Shown here: positions 12,500 to 26,357 of the stretch, piece after piece | Layout of the letters: each line of letters begins with the position of its first letter | Numbering within the stretch: position 1 is the first letter of the stretch | NCBI RefSeq assembly: GCF_006345805.1 | Contig: NC_043006.1 | Coordinates: 87,854,001 to 87,918,000 of the forward strand | Direction of reading: 5' to 3' | Length of the DNA: 64,000 bases | Origin: Octopus sinensis | Taxonomy: Eukaryota | Position numbers and translations under genes: made by a program | Notes under the pieces: model-generated | Seen by the model: the letters and a program-made list of their open reading frames with translations, nothing else | Databases searched by the model: none | Told to the model about the DNA's origin: nothing

Positions 12500-13130
12500 G
12501 TTGAGGCAGTGAGCTGGTTGAATTGTTAACATGCTGGGCAAAATACTTAGTGACATTTTGTATATCTTTACATTCTGAGTTCAAATTCTGCTGAGGTCTA
12601 CTTTGTCTTTCATCCTTTCTGGGTCAATGAAATAGATACTAGTTGAGCACTGGGGTTGATGTACTCAACTTACCCTTCACCACCAAAATTGCTAGCAATG
12701 TGCTAAAATTTGAAACCATCGTTATTATTATCTTCATCATTATTAAGGTGATGAAATCATAGAATTGTTAGTGCATGAGAGAAAATGCTAAGCAGTATTC
12801 TTCTTTGCAGTACATTCTAAATTCAAATGCTAGTAAGGTCTACTTTACTATTCATCTTTTCATGGTCAGTAAAAAAAAGTACCAGTAAGGTACTGAGGTT
12901 GATGTAATCGATTTACCCCTCTCCTAAAATGCTGGCCTTGTGTCAAAATTTGAAACAATTATTATTTGTAGAATTATTAGCATGTTATACAAAATTCTTT
13001 GTAGAATTTGCTCTAGATTTTGCATTGAGTTCAAATTCTACCCAACTCAGCTATGCTTTTTATCCTCCAGGGGTTGATAGAATAAAATTGTAGGTGAATC
13101 AATTGACAAACTCCACCCTCCAGATTTCAG
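12500..13130 (+). mobile_element. Three tandem Meta-domain SINEs (family B)
   Basis: Three successive ttctgagttcaaattc...ctttcatcc...ggggttgat units with (ATT)n spacers. Confidence 0.75.
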
Positions 13131-13174
13131 TCTTATTGTTGCTGTTGTTATTATTATTGTTTTTATTACTATTG

Positions 13175-14880
13175 TTATTATTTTGATTTGAATTCTTTGG
13201 TCTTATTCCTGGTAGGATTTATGTAGGTAGTGAGTCACTGCCAGTAACCTTAGGTATCCACAAGTTTTCAGCAATCTTCCAAGTCCTTAGAACCCTCCTG
13301 ATAATACTTGCAGTCCCTAAGAGACAAGCTTCCTGTATGAGCTCTACAGAGTATTCTATTCCAATTTCCTTCAGCCATTTGTCTATATCTTTGCTTACTG
13401 TTCCCAGCACACCAACTATTATAGGCACGACATTTAGAGTTTTCATACTCCAAATTCTTCCTATTTCAAATTTTGAGGTATTGTATTTTCTTTTTTTTTT
13501 TTGTCTTTCATCTTCTTTCTTTATGATCCTGGAATCAGATGGGCATGGTGAGTTGATTAGTAAGTGACTTTGATTTTTTTTATCTGTAATTGCTATGTCT
13601 GCTCTGTTATTTTCTAATTTCTTGTCTGTTTGAATAGAAAAGTCCCAGAAAATCTTACATTTCTCCAACTCCAATATTCTTTCGAACCAATGATTATATT
13701 CCACATTTTCCAGCTTCAAATCCCCACTTCTGGCAAAGTTTCCTGTGTAAAACTCTTACAACATGGTCGTGTCTCCATTTCTTATATTCTTCCTGTACCA
13801 GCTTGGGGGCATTCTGTCACAATGTGTGCCACTGTCTCGTTCGAAGTTCTACAGGCTCTACATTTTTCTGACACTTTCTCTCCATATGTATTTTTTCTCA
13901 AGCTGTTTGTTTTTATAACTTGATCTTGGGCTGCTACAATTAGGCTCTCTGTTTTTTTTTTTTTAACTGCCCTTTTTTTAACAAAGCCCAAAATTTTGTT
14001 CCATATACATCATTGACCATGTAAAGGTTTCTCTTCAATCCGTCTGACTTGTTCTCTTTCAATTTTATTCTTGTTTTTTTTTTCATCTATTACTCACTTT
14101 GATCACCTGTTCTTTACTCACTGTCTTTAGTAGTTTTTCTATGCTGTTCTATAAATACTCTACTAGGCTTTTTCTTTCGATCTGTACACATTCTTCTACT
14201 ACTACCACCCTGGTCTTTCCTCAAGTACAGCTGGTTGATACCACCTTTTGGATGGTGGACTCTATACATTGTCAACAACTTTCTAGTTTTTCTGTCAAGT
14301 TTCTTTATTTCGTTTTTGGTCCAGTCTATAATTCCAACTTCATATCTGATTAAGGGTACTGCTCTTGAATCTATTGCATCAATATGATTCTTTGAATTCA
14401 GCTTTGACTGCAATAATTTTCTCACTCGCCTTGAGTACTCCCTGCTGGTAATTTGTTTCATTTCTTCATTTTTTATTTCATCTGCTTCCAGTATTCCCAA
14501 GTACTTATACCACCGTCCTTTCTCCACTGTTCTCATTGTTTGCCTATTTCACATTCCAATTCCCTGGCTTCTTTCAAATCTTCCTCATTTCATTTTCAAA
14601 ATAACACACTTTTCTATCCCGAATTCCATGCCTATGTCATTTGAGGAAATGCAGATGATATATACAAGAGTTTCAAGCGATTTTTCATTTCTCACATAAG
14701 CCTTTATATCATCCATGAAAAGGAGATGATTTATCTGATCATTTTCTTTTCCCAAATCAAAAGCTATTTTAACTTCTTGTAGTATCATAGTGAGCAGTGT
14801 CATGGTCAATATGAATAGTAATAGAGATAAGCTATCATCTTGGAATATTCCATGTCTGATGTTCATTTTTCCCAGAAAAA
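13175..14880 (-). mobile_element. 5'-truncated R4/Dong-like non-LTR retrotransposon (RT, CCHC knuckle, restriction-like endonuclease), frameshifted
   Basis: ORF pieces HLLFMDDIKAY (RT), YKYLGILEAD, KCRACRTSNETVAHIVTEC (CCHC), FWDFSIQTDKKLENNRADI...KKRKY (REL); both ends abut TAA-type repeats. Confidence 0.9.
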
Positions 14881-15010
14881 TTGTTGTTGCTGTTGTTGTT
14901 ACTATTATCATCATCATCATTATTATTATTATTATCATTATTATTATCATTATTATTATCATTATTATTATCATTATTATTATTATTATCATTATCATTA
15001 TTATTATTAT

Positions 15011-15255
15011 TGAGTGAGAGAGTAGTGCATGCCATCAAAATGACACTGGGGTAAAATATGCGAAACCCAGTATACCCATCATGACAACCCGTATCTGATA
15101 AGGGTACACTAGGCACATCCATCACAACCACATGTGCATGACATGGTGATCTCCATATCAAGATAAACATCACATGACCTTGCAGGTGGGGCCTAGTTAG
15201 AATTTTCTTCTGGTCGAGTAACCCATCCCGCTCAAAAGGTCCCTGAATAATAATA

Positions 15256-15303
<48 letters not shown>

Positions 15304-16434
15304 TGCCCTGATGCAGTACCAGGCAGTGGCTCTCATGGCTTCTGATCTTAACTGATTGGAAGTGTTATCATGTACATTGTTTTGTCTTGGTATAAAAGAT
15401 GGGCTACAGCAAATATTCTGCTCAATACCACAGATTTGCTTGTCAGTTGTTTGACCTTAACCAGTTGAGCATGTCCCTTAGTGGCTGACGATATGTGCAT
15501 CTCTGATCACGAGCAGAAGTAGTGGGGGAGCATCATAGCCATGTGTTGAGAGGGATTCTTTGGGGTTTGAATAATTCACCTCTGGAAACATGGGTGGTTC
15601 TTTCAACATCCTTAAACAACTCTTATTCAGGGACCTTTTGAGCGGGATGGGCTACTCAACCTGAAGAAAATTCTAACTGGGCCCCACCTGCAAGGTCATG
15701 TGCTGTTTATCTTGATATGAGATCACCATGTTGCGCACATATGGTTGTGATGTATGTGCCTGGTGTACCCTTATCAGACGGGTAGTCATGATGGGTATAT
15801 TGGGCTTCGTATATTTTACCCCAGTGTCACTTTGATGGCATGAACTGCTCTCTCACTCAATAATAATAATAATAATAAATGCCCTGATGCAGTACCAGGC
15901 AGTGGATCTCATGGCTTCTGATCTTAACTGATTGGAAGTGTTATCATGTACATTGTTTTGTGTTGGTATAAAAGATGGTCTACAGCAAATATTCTGCTCA
16001 ATACCACAGATTTGCATGTCAGTTGTTTGACTTTAACCAGTTGAGCATGTCCCTTAGTGGCTGACGATATATGCATCTCTGATCACGAGCAGAAGTAGTG
16101 GGGGAGCATCATAGCCATGTGTTGAGAGGGATTCTTTGGGGTTTGAATAATTCACCTCTGGAAACATGGGTGGTTCTTTCAACATCCTTAAACAACCTTT
16201 ATTCAGGGACCTTTTGAGCAGGATGGGCTACTCAACCTTAAGAAAATTCTAACTTGGCCCCACCTGCAAGGTCATGTGCTGTTTATCTTGATATGAGATC
16301 ACCATGTCGCGCACATATGGTTGTGATGCATGTGCCTGGTGTACCCTTATCAGACGAGTAGTCATGATGGGTATATCGGGCTTCGTATATTTTACCCCAG
16401 TGTCACTTTGATGGCATGAACTGCTCTCTCACTC

Positions 16435-16435
<1 letters not shown>
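15011..16435. mobile_element. Array of three TAA-embedded repeat copies: + partial (15011-15250), - full (15301-15860), - full (15877-16435)
   Basis: Direct comparison; the two minus copies are near-identical and every junction is a (TAA)n run. Confidence 0.9.
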
Positions 16436-16469
<34 letters not shown>

Positions 16470-19400
16470 TGATGATGATGATGATGATAATAATAATAAT
16501 GATAATAATAATAATGATGATAATAATAATATTATTATTATCATTATTATTACTTTGTCTTGCCAGTGGAGATCAGAGAACAAGGTTACATTTGAGATGA
16601 GACATCATCTGACACCATTCTTACAGGTTACAAGCTAACAAAGCCAAGTAAAATTTGCTAGTTTGCTACGAGGATGTTATGTGCAAGGTAAACATTGGCA
16701 TTGACTATGTGAAGTATATAGAGTGCACAAAGGCTGTATCTTCTGACTGCATCACTTAATTGTAGTGCTTGAGGCAATACTTTACAAATTCAGGATTGAA
16801 TTGTTGGAGAAATTTTATATGTTAGTAATAAGGAATCTGTTGAATATAGAATTCTCATGAAATAAAGATTTCTCTGGGGTTGTAGGCCAATTATTTAGTT
16901 CTTATTTTTAAATGAAATATTGAAATGGTTTTATTGGATAAATGTTTTATAAAAATTTAGGCCTAAATTAAAGTTTTTATATCATGATTTTCATTGGCAT
17001 TTCTTAACAAATATGATAAATATGTTTTGTGGTAAGAAAAAAGAGGAAACAATGATGAATCACCATTAAAATTATTCATAAATTCTAGATGTCTGCTATA
17101 AAACTAACTCAAGTATTGTACAAATCAAAAGTTGAAAAATAAAAACATGAGAGATGCTGAAGGCTATAGCAAGGCCAGATATTTGGAAAATAAAGTTTTA
17201 AAATGCTTCCATCCACTCCATGTTTAAATTGCTTAACTCCCACTAAATACAGGAAATAAAAAGTGAAAAATTGTAAATAGAAATGAAAATATAGATTTAA
17301 TTTCTTTCAACATTTTAAAAATTCTTTTTCTCTCAAAAAGAAAAGAGTTATTGTTCTAAGATCATTCAAAACACAGCATATTTCCCCAAGAGGAGAATCT
17401 TAATTTCAAATTAGAGAGAGAAATATAAAAAAAATATAACTCTTGTTGAAGGTTACAATTAACATTTATATTCTTAATATCATTACAATTGTCAGAAATC
17501 ATTGAAATAAATCTAACATTTTGTTAAAAACAACTGAAATTTTTATTTCACATATAATCAAGTTCCTATACCATCACTTTAGTTGGATAACTTTTGAAAT
17601 GTAATGTAACTTTGCATATTCTCTGAGGAAATGTATGTTTATTTTACTGAAGAGAGTTTAGCTGAACTTACAATCACTTTTAACTTCATATAAATTTAGT
17701 GAAGATTAAAATATTTCTGAGATGAAGGTAACTTTATAGCATTTTCGTCCTTGCCAACTTGATATATTACAGAAATTTTACATGATTCATAAAACAGTTC
17801 AACAACACATAATAAGTTTTCCTGTAATAAAGAATCTATAGGAAATAATATATGCTATAACATTGTAGTTAAGGTAGTTAGAAACTAAAAAATAAGAGTA
17901 AATTTTAGAAATTTACTTGTTTTAAAATCATCTAATAACTTTGGAATGTTATCTGTTTAATGTATAGAGTAATTAAATTAGAAATTGTTACATAATTGCT
18001 TTCAATGTTTTTAAATTAATTCTTAATTCATTTTTCATGACAAAACAACATTTCAGTACAATATGGTTAACAAAAAGTTTTTATGTAATTATACCACGAG
18101 GAAAATGTTTATATTTTTGTAATGGTTTGGGATTTGAGTGGCTTTCTCAGGCCCTCTGAGATTTGTGGATCAATGAGTTTTTGTACTTTTTTAATCAACT
18201 GTAAGCTGATGTTTGTTAAAAAATCATTGGCAAAGGAGAAATTCCAGAACAATGATATCTTAGGGAGTGACAATTAGATATAGTAGTTAAGTGTAGAGCC
18301 TAGGCTGGCAGATAGAATGTGGGCAACAAGAGGAGATAGGACAAGTGCACCCAGTTGGACATAAGTGAAGGGGGTATACAACCAGTTAGCTCCAAGAAGA
18401 AGGGGTTTTTGCAAAAGGAAAAATAATGGACTAGAGGCTTGCCGATGTGTATCAATATGGCAACATCTCTTATTTCCATTTTGTCACTGAACTGTTTGTT
18501 TTTGAGTTGTTTCATATTGAAGAATCTAATGTAGAGCTAAAAACAAACTTTAGAATTTAAATAAGTTGTCCATAGTCCAAGTGTTTAAAGTTTAGTATGG
18601 CAAGGATCAATACAATAGTTAGTTACAAACAGTAAAGCATTTCAGTATATGGCAAGTTCTAAATATGTAGAGGGAGAAAACTGAGCAATTCAGTGAAATG
18701 GATATGCATGCAATTGGATTGGAAAGAAACCAGATTGAAAAGAAACCAAAACTTTAGGTATGTTAAGCAGACATGAAAATAAGACCATAAACTTTCCAGG
18801 TTGGTCCCCAGTTATAGTTGATAATTTCTGTTTGCTGAGCAAACTAAGCACTGTAGATGGGTATAATAAATGAATAGCAACATGAGAAATAAAGGCATGG
18901 AAAATATTCAGTGTATGGCTATACTTCTTAATTACAAAGACCTTCACTTTGTAAAAAGCAGGCAGTGAAGAGAAACATGTCTAAGAATATGATATAGCAT
19001 TATAGTGAAGGTGGAAAATCTTTGCTAATATTGGATGTACAAAATTAGATTACATAAATGGTGTAATGATGTCAAGAGTGGCTGAATGCCTATAAATCTA
19101 TGAATGACAAATGAATGCATCAGTATGGATATGCTACATAAAATGATTATGATTTAAAATGAAATGCATACTATGAGTGAGTAGTATATGGGGCCTGATG
19201 AAAACCAAAGAAGACTCATTAAGTAGTGAGGTGAAATCCCTGGATTTTGGGCCTTACAAATGAGATGACACCAGATTGTTGTTGATGACAATACTAATTA
19301 ATTGTGTTGGTGATGATACATCAAAAGTCAGAATTTTTATACAGTAAAATCTATTAATGGAAGATAAATAATACATTGTGGAAATGGGAAGGGCAACAGA

Positions 19401-20583
19401 CGTAGGAGTAGGGATTTTCATGTTTTTTAAAGCAATTGGCAACTTGAAGACTTCTTTTGTGGTTAAAAAGGTCACTTTGCAAATTATGTAGTTTCAGTGC
19501 TGTGCACGTGACACAGCAATTTGGACAAATGTCTTCTACCATAACCTTAAGTCAATGAAAGCATTGTGAGGAAAATTTGATAAAAACTGTGGAAGCCTGA
19601 TTCAAGGATAGTCTAAGTTGTACAGTAGATTTTATCTGTTGCACCATTTAATACCACCACCAACTTACTGATGGCCTTTAACAGAATACTGTATGTTGTC
19701 AGAATTTGGACCAGATTACCGGTCTCATGATGAATTCCTCCTCTATTTTCTCACTGACCACAAAGCCCCCTGTAAAAAGTCAGATACGGGACTTTCTTCT
19801 TCTAAGAATTATATAAAAGAAAATGTTACAGACTGTGAATTGAAACTGTGCCACAGACGTTTTTGCTCACTTTTTGCTTATAAGCCTTACTGCTGTTTCA
19901 AAGAATTTTTTTCTACAACAAACATAGTGTAAAATGAATATTTGGCTGTGTTCTTTCAATGACTACAATAGCAATGACAGCAGAAACAAAATTATCATCT
20001 GAGATATTTTCCAAATTGAAATAAAGGATATTTTTTTGTAGAAGAAATCTGTTGCAAACAGCTGCTAGATATTTTATGTGTAATACAATGAATCACACTG
20101 AAGTTGATAGCTATATTTACTTTTGATTTATTTATTTTCCAAGCTTGCTATTAATATTCAGAAAAAAGAATGGATTCAACAATAGTTTCTATTTAGATCG
20201 CACCAATTTTAGATTTTGAATCTTTAAAATACATAAATATGTATATGTGTGTGTGTGTGTGTGTATTGCATACATGGATGCAAGTCTATCTGTATGTCTG
20301 GATGCAGTACCAAGTATGGTCACACAAAACTGCTCACACCAATTTTGCCTCACAAACAAAAATACAAAAACACACACACAAATACAGAAATACACATATA
20401 TACTCAACATTACATACAAATACACAAACGAAGCTAATTCTACTTGTAGTCCATGCTTCAATGGTGAGTACTAGAAACAGGTAGTATTACATAGCTGTAA
20501 AATATAATTACTCCAATTTAAAAAATTTTCACTTGTATGCAAGGAACATTGGAAAATGAGGTAAAACAGATATACATACGTAC

Positions 20584-20634
<51 letters not shown>

Positions 20635-20794
20635 CGTATATACATATGTATACATACATACATATATATATGTATATACATATGTATACATACACACATA
20701 TATATATATATACACACATATATATGCATACACACACACATATATACATATATATATAAATACATACATAAATATATATATACAAATATATATA

Positions 20795-20960
20795 TACAAT
20801 TGGCTTCTTTCAGTTTCTATCTACAAATCCACTCACAAGGCTTTGGTGAGCCCAAGGCTATAGTAGTAGACACTTACTCAATGTGCCATGCTGTGGGACT
20901 GAACCCAGAACAATGTGGTTGGAAAGCAAGCTTCTTACCACACAGCCACACCTGTGCCTA
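20795..20960 (-). mobile_element. 5' half of tRNA-SINE family A
   Basis: ggcttctttcagtttctatctacaaatccactcacaaggcttt...cttaccacacagccac. Confidence 0.75.
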
Positions 20961-20971
20961 TATTTATATTC

Positions 20972-21430
20972 AGAAAAAGGAGGTAGTCAGGATTTGGGAT
21001 AAAAATTATTATTTAGCACTTTCATCCCTTTTGAGTGAGTCATCATGAGTGATTTATATACAGAAAATCCATGCCTTTTATATGTATGAATTAGATGAGA
21101 AAAATACAATGCAATTTCAACCGACTCAGAAAAAGACCCCTTTCTTTTTCTTCTCCTTCTCTAATCCAAGCCTTTAAGAATTCACCACACACATTTACTT
21201 ACATACACATACATACTCAGATATATATACACACACACATACAGATTCAAAATAACAAAGAATTTCCTCTTCCCATTTCAGCTCCAGATTTTTTTTTTTA
21301 CCTAACTCACATATATAAGGCATGAATTTCTTGTAAATAAATCATTCCTGATGAATCTTTTAAAAGAAATGAAAGTGTTAAATAAATAATTTTTATATAA
21401 AATCCCAAATCCTGACTACCTCCTTTTTCT
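20972..21430. mobile_element. Fold-back/MITE-like element with long imperfect TIRs
   Basis: Perfect 28-bp inverted termini agaaaaaggaggtagtcaggatttggga / tcccaaatcctgactacctcctttttct; imperfect pairing continues ~150 bp inward. Confidence 0.8.
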
Positions 21431-21473
21431 TTATATATAAAATTGGTACAGCACTTCAAACAATATATATATA

Positions 21474-21600
21474 CTTTTTCTCCTTGTTTCTCTCCTTGTT
21501 TTTTCTCTCCTTTTTTCTCTCCTTGTTTTTTCTCTCCTTGTTTTTTCTCTCCTTTTTTCTTTCTTTATTTCTCTCCTTTTTTTCTCTCCTTGTTTTTTTT
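21474..21600. repeat. Pyrimidine-rich minisatellite, ~13-15 bp unit (ttttttctctccttg)
   Basis: Direct reading. Confidence 0.85.
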
Positions 21601-22164
21601 CTGTGTCCCTTTCTGTAGAAGAGCATAGGCTTGAACATAAAATAATTTTTCTATTCCTGAGTGTTATACTAATACATCTGTTTGTTTTGTACACCACCTG
21701 TCTTCGTCTTTTGTTTTTTTTGTAAACTCTCCCTATATATATATATATCACATTTAAAGTTAATACATTAGAAAAAGCAAATTTACTACACCATTCATCT
21801 AGAGATAATATCTCTTATGGGTGTGTAGTGTTTAAAAATACAGTATACATCAGAGGCAAATGAAAATCGGTCAAGCAACATTTTCTGAGAATGTTCAATA
21901 CACCATTCCTACCTAGCTGGATGTTGTCAGCAGCATGTACTGACAATCAGCCACACGCTAAGACAAAATATGTTACAACCAATATAAGAAGACAATCACC
22001 AATTTTGTGAATAGCTGCCCAGCTGAATACTAGTCTGTTATGTGCAACAGAAGCAGTACTATAGTTAAATAGTTATGTATGTAACTTAATGTAAATACAT
22101 TGTGAAAAGCAAATTTACTATGATTTTCATTTGGAGATAATATTTTTTCATGGACATGCAGCAG

Positions 22165-22690
22165 AAACGAGACCTTTGGAAGTATGCTGTGCATGGGAAG
22201 ACCCGGCAGGACAAGTGAGACCATAACCCGTGGCCTCTACCTGGGACGTAGCCAGCCCACTTATGCATACCTTTCCTTCTTGTGACACAAACCCTACTTG
22301 TGAAGACCTGTTGAGGCAAGTGAAAATGAAAATCGAAATCGATCAACATCAATGGAAATTGTAGCTGTGATACCAGTGCCGATGGCACACAAGAGAACCA
22401 TCCGAATGTGGCCGTTACCAGCGCCACCACGAGTGGCCTCTGTACCGGTGGCATGTAAAATGCACCATCCGATTGTGGCCGTTTGCCAGCCTCGTCTGGC
22501 ACGTAAAAAGCACCCACTACACTCATGGAGTGGTTGGCGTTAGAAAGGGCATCCAGCTGTAGAAACACTGCCAGATCAGACTGGGCCTGGTGCAGCCTTC
22601 TGGCTTCCCAGACCCCAGTTGAACCGTCCAACCCATGCTAGCATGGAAAGCGGACGTTAAACAATGATAATGATGATGATGATGATGATG
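22165..22690 (+). mobile_element. RTE-tailed interspersed repeat (family C) ending in (GAT)n
   Basis: ...tagaagggcatccagctgtagaaac...ccatgctagcatggaaagcggacgttaaac(gat)n; other copies at 26980-27270, 31280-31500, 36030-36255, 38780-39070, 53000-53900, 54770-54870. Confidence 0.8.
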
Positions 22691-22859
22691 CAGCACAATA
22701 TATATCAGAAGAGGAGGAAAATTGTTCTAACAGCAGCTGGTGAGAATACCAGCTGCAGCATTGGTAGAAAGTTACAAAAGTGATTCAATGCATAGCAATT
22801 TCACTCATTAAACTGACTACTGCATAAAATTCTCAGCCCTTGAATCACTTTTGTAACTT

Positions 22860-23130
22860 TTTATTGATCCAGACCTATTTTTCACTACCGTGTGAGACAT
22901 GGGGCCAGGAAATACAGAACTTTTCAAAGATGAGAGAGAAATGAAGCAAGCATACTCTACTGGATGTACAACACATGTGTGTGGATGAATAACAATATAC
23001 AAAAAAGTTAAGAGAAAAACTAGGCATATAACAAATCAGATGTAGTGTGCAAGAGAGAGAAGACTGCACTGGTATGGGCAAATGAGGCATATGGATGAGG
23101 GTAGCTGAATATGGAAATGCTAATCGTATG
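22860..23130 (+). mobile_element. RTE-like LINE 3' coding remnant
   Basis: Diverged version of the LRWMCNISVH...ERRLHWYGHV region seen at 29975-30265. Confidence 0.5.
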
Positions 23131-24444
23131 ATTTGAATTGAGCATGTGGAAGAAGGAGACCCAAGAAGACATAAAATGAAGAAGGAAGGCTAATTTCTGT
23201 GTTTTAAGCAGATGGGACAGCAATAGACCACAATAACTAGTACTATATGATGTGCATGAAGACCCACCCGTGATGGCCAAAACTGAGGTTTTGGAGACTC
23301 ATAATTGGGAAGCTCATGCAACTTGCCTCTGTCAAGCCTTCTCCCTCCCTGCTTCATCTCCCTATCACGCATCCTTCATCACTCTTTTAACTTCTGTTGT
23401 ATTCTGCTGCTGTAAATAAATGAGAGCAGGACTATGTATTTCATCATCCTTCTTTGTGTTACAAGTTATCTCTCACACTGCCAAGAACCATATCCATCCC
23501 TTATTCTTAACATTATTCTTTTCCACTCATATTTTACAGGGGTCAACCATTCTGTGCTGCCATCTTATTATCCTTTTGCCTTGAACCACTTCCTATTGAC
23601 TCATCTATGTACCGCTGACCATCTTCTACCCTTACTACTATACATCTCTCACTCTTCTCACACTTTCTCGTAGCTTTTACCCACTTATTTCCACTAATTA
23701 TCTGCTTATCTCTCATCTTTCTACTATATATACTATTATTATATATTATTATTACTATTATTATTTTATTATTATTATTATGCTCTTCACCTTTTCTGTA
23801 CTGCCAGAAATCACCTCTTCTTCTTTACCTTTCCTCCAGCTCATATTTACTCTCAACAACCCATCCACCCTTGTTTAATAGTCACTGCATTTACCCCTAC
23901 CCCATCTATCTCCGACCATCTTTCACTCTCCCTGCACACCATTTCAACATCTACCCACCCACCATTCTTGATTTTCTCTCCCTACACTCTTTTAATCTTC
24001 TTCTCCCACCTTGAGGGCAAACTCTCTTTATTTCACTTTCCAGTTCCATCATAATTACTCCCACCAACCATTATATAATATGAGATAGCCATTTATCTCT
24101 TCAAGAGCAAGAAACTTGTTCTTTCCCCTTTTTTTCATACTTTAACTTCTCAACAGCTAGCATAAAGCAGCCCCATCTCTCTACTATTGTCTGACATCAT
24201 TCAAAGTGTTTCCTTAATTTTGTGAGTTTCATAGTGACTTAACTGGTGCATGAGAAGAGTACTCAGTACACTCTGTAAAGGTGTTGGAGTTCAGAAGAGT
24301 ATCTGGCCACAGAAAGCATGCTAAAGCAGGAGCTGCAACTTGACACAAGTTCTCCTGTTGAACTATGCAATTCATGCCAACATCGATGCTGGGCATTAAA
24401 TATTAATGATGATGATGATGATGATTGTGATCATGATGATAATA

Positions 24445-24465
24445 TGTATGTATGTATGTATGTAG

Positions 24466-24496
<31 letters not shown>

Positions 24497-24563
24497 TGTA
24501 TGTATGTATGTATGTATGTATGTATGTATGTATGTATGTATATGTATGTATGTATGTATGTAG

Positions 24564-24594
<31 letters not shown>

Positions 24595-24656
24595 TGTATG
24601 TATGTATGTATGTATGTATGTATGTGTATGTATGTATGTATGTATGTGTGTATGTA
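24445..24656. repeat. (TATG)n microsatellite, ~210 bp
   Basis: Direct reading. Confidence 0.97.
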
Positions 24657-25671
24657 TAGGGTCAACAGCCCTTTATGATTTAGTGTATGCAGTAACAGAA
24701 AATATCACCATAAAATGTACACAGACACATGCTGTAAGTGGGAATTTACAAACAGCGTTTCTATAATTTTTACCAATACTAATTTTTGTTAATTTGGTGT
24801 AATAACCTGTTTATTTTATAATGATATGTAGCATATTTGTTATTATATTTCATGGCATTTGGCAACTTGTCTTATCTTTGGCCACTATTAATTGTATATT
24901 GACCCCCAAGGTACCAGATAAAATTCTGGTCATTCATCAATTTTTACTAGTTTATTGGATCAATGAAAAAACAGCATCTCTCAGCCTTGCACTGATTATA
25001 TAAATGGAATTTAAATCTTTCTTCTCTTTTTTTTTTATAAAATGAAGCCAGAGCAAGCAATTCCTTTCCTTTCTACTCAGAATCCAGCCAAAACAAAATT
25101 AGTCATTGTGTCCTGTTACTCCATCTTGTCTCAGCAAGACACATTTCACACAAGTGAAGCTGATTTGTTGTATCTTGATATGACCAGATTATAAAATATG
25201 TATGTCAATTTCCTTTATCTTACTCTGTTTTTCATTATCACTGTCACCTGTGACCTAAAAGCGCATTATTGCAAGAATATATATAAACTTAACAATGGAA
25301 AAATCATTACTTTTCCCCGGTATGAATTTATTAATCTGCAAATATGAATTTTTAAAAGTGTCTACATATTGTTTATATACACAGACTTACCATATCCCTT
25401 TCGTTGGTAGAGTTCTATATTTGTAGTGGTACAAGATAAAGGGAATTATAAATGTTTTTTCCTCTTACATCCATATTTTCTGTAGCAGTCTAAGAGAAAG
25501 AAGTGGTTTTGAGAAAGGTGTTAACAATATGTGCTTTTATATTATATATATATGATATATATATAGGTCAAATAATTTAATTGCGATATGTGTTCAATTT
25601 AGTTCATTATTTAGTCCATTATTTACATTATGTACAATTGACGGATATTTGTCCTCATCTTGTTTGTTGCT

Positions 25672-25717
25672 AACACAATGTTTCAGCTGATATACCCTCC
25701 AGCCTTCATCAGGTGTC
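25672..25717 (-). ncRNA. Degenerate minimal type I hammerhead ribozyme
   Basis: GACAC-CTGATGA-A-GGCTG(gagggtatat)CAGCT-GAAA-CATT-GTGTT; stem I GACAC/GUGUU; the helix III palindrome ACGT appears as ACAT (CpG-type change). Confidence 0.6.
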
Positions 25718-25794
25718 TTGGGTTCTCATTCCTAAGGTATTTTTCGATGTTGTTATTATCATTATTAGTATTAGTATTATTATGTATGTACTCC

Positions 25795-25868
25795 TTACCA
25801 CTGCCTGGAATCAAACTCTGAATCTTGGGGTTAGTAGCCCGTGCTCTTAACCACTATGCCATATGCCC
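25795..25868 (-). other. tRNA-derived (Pol III A/B-box) segment, not a functional tRNA
   Basis: GGGCATA-TGGCATAGTGG-TTAAGAGC...GAGTTTGATTCC: A box and degenerate B box; the acceptor stem does not pair. Confidence 0.7.
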
Positions 25869-26311
25869 ATGGGCAATTATGGAGTGTATTTTAGGGCTTA
25901 TAAATCCTTCCATAATACCGGTTCCCATACGCTGTTCATATCTGCGCTTGGTCTACTTAGGCAGTTGTTGTGTCCTAGCATATGTGCTGCTTCTTTTAGT
26001 TTTCATATTTTCCAGTGGTGTTCTCTGTCTATTATTTTAACTTCATCCCACAGGGGGAGGTGGTCTCCATTTTTCCATACATGATCAGCTATACCCGATT
26101 TATCAATATCTCCCTGTGTCACAGCTTTGCAATGTTCCTCTACCCATATTTTGAGGGGATGCTATGTTTTGCCTTTGTATAACCTACCACAGCTGCATGG
26201 GATGGAGTACACGCAGTCTTTGGTCATATTCTCTTCTATTGGTGGTTTTACCTGAATGAGATATTTATGAAGTGTTGTATTACTTTTGAATACTATCCAA
26301 AATTTCCCCAA

Positions 26312-26357
26312 GATGCCTGATGAAGGCTGGAGGGTATATCAGCCGAAACATTGTGTT
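26312..26357 (+). ncRNA. Degenerate minimal type I hammerhead ribozyme (inverted pLTR copy)
   Basis: GATGC-CTGATGA-A-GGCTG(gagggtatat)CAGCC-GAAA-CATT-GTGTT; core and stem II intact. Confidence 0.65.

Noticed and set aside
18290-19000. Possible piggyBac transposase remnant (MWATRGDRT..RRG)
   Set aside because: Similarity is too weak and fragmented to support by eye.
19300-19760. Possible PIF/Harbinger DDE_Tnp_4 remnant (FNRILYVVRI)
   Set aside because: Only a short, ambiguous motif resemblance.
21860-22060. Minus-strand exon-like or Tc1-like segment (FSWAAIHKIGDCLLILV)
   Set aside because: Candidate exon frames contain stops, and the Tc1 resemblance rests on one motif.
25795-25868. Functional tRNA gene
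   Set aside because: Acceptor and anticodon stems do not pair and the B box is degenerate; the parental tRNA cannot be assigned.
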